From Dickeya dadantii NCPPB 898 (lineage in GTDB: Bacteria; Pseudomonadota; Gammaproteobacteria; Enterobacterales; Enterobacteriaceae): a stretch of 32,000 bases of DNA. How positions within the stretch are numbered: position 1 is the stretch's first letter; the number at the start of each line of letters is the position of its first letter. The notes under the pieces were generated by a model, which did not search any database, was not told where the DNA came from, and saw nothing but the letters and a program-made list of their open reading frames with translations. The DNA is taken from contig NZ_CM001976.1 of assembly GCF_000406145.1 (NCBI RefSeq), positions 1,495,315 to 1,527,314 on the forward strand. Reading direction: 5' to 3'. The position numbers were made by a program, and so were the translations under genes. This document shows, piece after piece, positions 27,943 to 32,000 of the stretch.

Positions 27943-27992
27943 TACTCCTTATATTTCCATTCGATGTGGGAGTGGATATAAGGGGTATTTTT
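27943..27992 (+). terminator. Rho-independent terminator after yoaG
   Basis: TACTCCTTATAT (27943-27954) pairs with ATATAAGGGGTA (27976-27987): 11 Watson-Crick pairs and one G-U. The loop is 21 nt, and TTTTT follows at 27988-27992. Confidence 0.6.
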
Positions 27993-28183
27993 CGGTTAAT
28001 TTCCGTGGTAATTATTATTACGCGACGGCCATGGTTTCGCTCCTGCTGTGTATCATTATCCTGAATACCTGAGAGCTACTCAGTAATGCCTGATTCATGA
28101 GTTTTACTCATAAACCTATTCTGTAACGCATGATTATCATCGGGTTCAATCCCGGTAATATAGCGTAAAGAATCGAAGTTTAA

Positions 28184-29392
28184 ATGACGGATATGACTCA
28201 GCCTCAGATGCGATCGAAAAAAATCCCAGAGCTATTTTTTATTGCCATTCTCAGCGCCCTGATGGCGTTTACTTCTTTATCGACAGACATTTACCTGCCT
28301 GCCATGCCAATCATGGGAAAGGATTTACAAGGTGATGTGGAACTGACCATCACCGGCTTTTTAATCGGCTTTTGCATTGCACAGCTGATTTGGGGCCCAC
28401 TAAGCGACCACTGGGGGCGTCGGGTGCCGCTGTTTATTGGTATGGCGCTGTTTATCGTCGGTTCCGTGGGTTGCGCGCTTTCTACTACTATTTCGCAAAT
28501 TGTTTTCTGGCGTATTTTTCAGGCGCTGGGCGCGTGCACCGGGCCAATGCTGGCCCGCGCGATGATCCGCGATCTATTTAGCCGTGTCCGCGCTGCGCAA
28601 ATGCTCTCTACGCTAATAATCATTATGGCGATTGCGCCGATTGCCGGTCCGCTGCTCGGCGGACAATTGATCAACATGACGTCATGGCACTCGATTTTTT
28701 GGTTGCTGGCGGTGATTGGTCTGCTCATGTTCATTTCATTATATTGGTTGCCTGAAACGTTACCTGAGGACAAACGAGTCAAGGCTTCTTTATCCAGCGC
28801 CTTTCGCAACTATTATGCACTGCTGACGAACACGGCTTTCATGCGCTTCACCTTATGCCTGACGTCCTATTATGTCGCGGCCTATGCGTTTATTACCGGA
28901 TCAGCCTTTGTCTACATCACTTATTTCGGCGTCGTTCCACAACATTACGGTTGGTTATTTGCGCTGAATATCGTCGGCGTGGTGGGCATGAGCATCGTGA
29001 ACCGCCGTCTGGTTCAACGCTACCCGCTTGAGAGGTTGCTTAAATTTGCCGTGCTGATCGCCGCCGTCGCCTCACTCGTTCTGGCGATAGGCACAAAACT
29101 CAACATCGGCGGAATTATTCTGATTGTGGTCGCGGTGTTTATTTTCTTTTCGATGAACGGCATCATCGCCGCCACATCGACAGCCGCTGCGCTTGATGCC
29201 GTGCCAAACATTGCCGGGTCCGCGTCGGCATTAATCGGCTCGCTACAGTACGGTAGCGGCATTATTTCCTCCCTGCTGCTTGCCCTGCTGGGGGATGGTA
29301 CGCCGTGGACGATGGCCTGGATAATCGCCTTATTTACCGTAATCAGCGCGGTAATAGCGCTGACTACGCGAGTAATGAAAACGGGCGGTTAG
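28184..29392 (+). CDS. MFS drug efflux transporter, Bcr/CflA subfamily
   Basis: 402 aa, 12-TMS pattern. LSTDIYLPAMPIMGKDL..GPLSDHWGRRVPL..WRIFQALGACTGPMLARAMIRDLF is typical of Bcr/CflA pumps. Confidence 0.85.
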   Translation: MTDMTQPQMRSKKIPELFFIAILSALMAFTSLSTDIYLPAMPIMGKDLQGDVELTITGFLIGFCIAQLIWGPLSDHWGRRVPLFIGMALFIVGSVGCALSTTISQIVFWRIFQALGACTGPMLARAMIRDLFSRVRAAQMLSTLIIIMAIAPIAGPLLGGQLINMTSWHSIFWLLAVIGLLMFISLYWLPETLPEDKRVKASLSSAFRNYYALLTNTAFMRFTLCLTSYYVAAYAFITGSAFVYITYFGVVPQHYGWLFALNIVGVVGMSIVNRRLVQRYPLERLLKFAVLIAAVASLVLAIGTKLNIGGIILIVVAVFIFFSMNGIIAATSTAAALDAVPNIAGSASALIGSLQYGSGIISSLLLALLGDGTPWTMAWIIALFTVISAVIALTTRVMKTGG

Positions 29393-29506
29393 CTTGATCT
29401 CTTCCCTTTGTTTATTACCGGCGTAAAGTAGAGTTTTCGGCCCTCTTTGTTCAGTTAATTGGACGGGAGAACTTATCCTCTCTGGACAGTACTAGTCTCT
29501 TTCCTT

Positions 29507-31283
29507 TTAGATGGCAACCTGTGCGTCTCCGGAATCGTACTGGCTTCGCTGCAAATTCAGCAGGGCATAATATTCACCTCGCTTTATCTCCAGTTCAGTT
29601 GGTGTTCCACTTTCAACAATTTCGCCTTGTTTTAATACAATTATCCGCGAGGAGTTTTTTACGGCACTCAGACGGTGTGTGACCATTACGGATGTTCTTC
29701 CCCTGACAAGTTCAGAAAAGCGAGCAAATAACTCGGTTTCCACTCGCGGATCCATTGCGCTGGTTGGTTCATCAAGTATGATTAATTCCCCGTCAGAAAA
29801 CAGAGCACGGGCCAGTGCAAGGCGCTGCCACTGACCACCAGAAAGTTCTGTACCGGAATATTCTTTCCCGAGGAAACTGGTTGCATCATGGGGGATCTCC
29901 AGCGGGAACTGAGCCTGTTCACAAGTCTGTAAAAAGCGTTGTTGCTCGACCGTACTCATGTTGTTCCTGAACGTAACATTCTCCTGCACCGTCATATTGT
30001 AATGACCAAAATCTTGAAAAATAGCACTAAGGCAACGGTGCCATGTCCTTATATCAATGCTGGCAACATCAATCCCGTTCCAGGTAATACGACCGGATGT
30101 GGGGTGGTACAAACGGCAGAGCAGCTTAATCAGTGTTGATTTACCTGCGCCATTTTCACCAACAATAGAAAGATGGTCACCAGCATGGATCGTTAGATTA
30201 ATATTGCTGAGAACGTTGTGGCCGTTTTCATAAGAAAAGGAAACATTTTCAAACTTGATTTCATTTAGAGGAGGTATCTCAGAGAGGGGGTTGCTGTTCT
30301 CCTGCGCAACGCTTTCAAGTTCTCGCAGTCGAGCAAAGAAACTAAAACAGACGCCGATATTAGCAAAGGAATACACCATCCACTGGCAAGATAAACCAAA
30401 GAAAGAAATTGATTGTATGGTGCCCAGTAACCCTCCGACAGAAATTTTGCCTGCCTGAAGGTATTCAACAAACCAGTACATAACACCCAGGATAGATGCC
30501 AGATATAAAAGATTCCATGGCTGGGGTCTGAGTAATTGTTTGCGTCTGACCTGATTTAGTTCATTTTCCAGCTCTTCGAATGCCTGCGTGTGTTTGGTGA
30601 AAAAAAATGATGCTGAACGGAAAATTCTGACCTCTTTAGCTAGCTTCACATCAAGTAGAACAGCCAGATAATACCTTATCAGGCGAGCAGCGGTACCTTT
30701 TCCCAGCAGAGCCCGAAAAATATCGATTTGTGAAAGCGCAACAGTAAAAGTGATCGGGATAAGCGGCAGAAGAAATGCCAGAGGAAACCACCAGACAACT
30801 GAAGCCAGTACCAGAGACAAAGACAACAGCGTTAGTATGCCGCGAAATATATCAACAAGATTAACCAGAAGGTTCAGCGGACGGTGAGCAGCTTCTCTTG
30901 AAAGAACCTCAAGATTATCGTGTATGTCCGGTTTCTCGATAATTTTCAGGTCTTCAATGCGGCAGGCTGCCTCCATAATAGTTCGTTGCGTCAGATAGGT
31001 GGCATGCTGATTCAGTATGCTTTGTAGAGTACTGATAATGGGAGCCAGCACGACCGGGGAAGACAAATGTCAGTGCCCAGAATACTGCCACGGTCATCAG
31101 ACCTGAATGATCCGGGCTACTGATGATATTTCCGAGCCGGATGCTTGCCATCACACTCATGGTAGGCAATAACCCCTGCAGGGCAATGAGGATGATAAAC
31201 AGCGTGGATAGCCATGGTGATCTCCTGAATAGCAATGAAAGCGAATAGGTCACCAGATTCAGTTTTTCTTTTACCTTCTGCAT
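29507..31283 (-). pseudogene. Fused TMD-NBD ABC exporter whose reading frame is interrupted near 31056-31070 (frameshift, sequencing error or split gene)
   Basis: The N-terminal 75-80 codons (MQKVKEKLNLVTYSLSLLFRRSPWLSTLFIILIALQGLLP..MTVAVFWALTFVF) are in one frame from ATG 31283. The rest (PVVLAPIISTLQ.. through Walker A GENGAGKST, signature LSGGQWQRLALARAL, Walker B LILDEPTSAMD) is in the 519-aa ORF frame. Joined length is about 592 aa, typical for this class. Confidence 0.6.
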
Positions 31284-32000
31284 CAGAAAAGCTCCATTGT
31301 CAGGCATTTCCCGTTCGGGAAAATGACAAATTCATCAAAATGTCGGGGAGTATTCAGAATTAGCTCCATCGCATCCCTGGTTTCCGTTCTGTAGAGGGAG
31401 GATATCATTTTTACACGGTATGTCTGGTTACCCATTTTTTTGCACGCATGCCGTACAGAGTGTGTTGATAGTGAATGCCCATCTGGCGTTGCCAGAAATG
31501 TCATGTTTTCAGAAAACACGCCGTATGATGTGATATCGATGCTTCCATGAAATTTATTTCCGAGAGTCTGACAGAGCGAAGGGTAATGGAGCCATGAAGT
31601 GTGCGTTGCATGAAAGTTGTGGCAGATGACAAAAATTAATTCATAACCAAGCTGGATAGCTAACCCGATCTTCTCTGCCATAGCGGTCTCACGCTGTTCC
31701 GGCGTTGCTCCAGTCATACTTAATGTACTTTGTCGATCAAACTCCAGCAAACTGATCAACAGACGCTGCTCAGCAAGAGGAACTAAGCGAATACTTTTAA
31801 TATAATTTTCATGAAGTGTTGTGGATAAAGGTAAATCAATTCCCGCAATAACGCATGTTGCAGGTAAAGCACGGAGGAAAGTTGCAAACTCCTCAGAACG
31901 CATCCACCAGTACGCCGACGATGTAAGGTACGACATGTCCCCGGTATTTATTTTTCTAAAGCGTCTGAGTGCAAACACAATCAGGTCTATAGTCGGACAT
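31283..32000 (-). CDS. Erythromycin-esterase-like (Ere/ChaN/TIKI superfamily) protein, partial; the N-terminus lies beyond the right edge
   Basis: The frame stays open to position 32000. Motif order resembles erythromycin esterases: WWMRSEEFATFLRAL..VIAGIDLP, RETAMAEKIG, IFVICHNFHATH, LGNKFHGSIDITSYGVFSENMTFLA, and a C-terminal HFDEFVIFPN. The call rests on motif memory only. Its stop overlaps the ABC exporter ATG (TGATG). Confidence 0.45.
   Translation of the reverse strand, partial: CPTIDLIVFALRRFRKINTGDMSYLTSSAYWWMRSEEFATFLRALPATCVIAGIDLPLSTTLHENYIKSIRLVPLAEQRLLISLLEFDRQSTLSMTGATPEQRETAMAEKIGLAIQLGYELIFVICHNFHATHTSWLHYPSLCQTLGNKFHGSIDITSYGVFSENMTFLATPDGHSLSTHSVRHACKKMGNQTYRVKMISSLYRTETRDAMELILNTPRHFDEFVIFPNGKCLTMELF

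Noticed and set aside
28138-28160. GGGTTCAATCCCGG, resembling a tRNA T-arm and therefore possibly a tRNA remnant or island attachment site upstream of the Bcr-type pump.
   Set aside because: The loop is 6 nt rather than 7. The would-be acceptor strand (TAATATA) is implausible. There is no CCA or discriminator context and no upstream D or anticodon arms.

Overview
This is a 32-kb chromosomal window from a GC-rich gammaproteobacterium of Enterobacterales type. Its proteins are collinear with E. coli Cfa, YohJ/YohK, KatG, FtsI, NikABCDE, EmrAB and YeaR/YoaG. I support about 27 protein-coding genes and found no rRNA, tRNA, CRISPR array, transposase or integrase.

Gene order, left to right:
- cfa (partial)
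- AraC-type regulator
- yohJ-yohK (yohK looks decayed at its 3' end)
- one co-directional block: duplicated ABC permease, ABC ATPase with a long C-terminal extension, histidine kinase with a membrane-only sensor region, FixJ/NarL-type regulator
- an 0.8-kb AT-rich spacer carrying three tandem-repeat arrays
- a hypothetical protein
- katG
- an orphan ftsI (PBP3) paralog
- a SAM methyltransferase followed by a nikABCDE-like transporter with no nikR
- a marR-like/emrA/emrB/rob-like efflux cluster whose promoter is built like marO
- a DUF2501-like secreted protein
- a visibly lower-GC right end (about 26.2-32 kb): flavin-reductase-like gene, yeaR-yoaG with an NsrR-like operator, a Bcr/CflA MFS pump, a frame-interrupted ABC exporter, and an erythromycin-esterase-like gene (partial) translationally coupled to it

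Most worth following up:
- the ABC module without a binding protein plus the two-component system
- the phased tandem repeats at 8.5-9.2 kb
- the orphan PBP3 paralog, which has SSD in place of SSN and a structured leader
- the esterase-like/ABC-exporter pair at the right edge

I found no system that I can show from sequence alone to be new. All functional calls come from reading the translations and motifs by eye. No database search was run.
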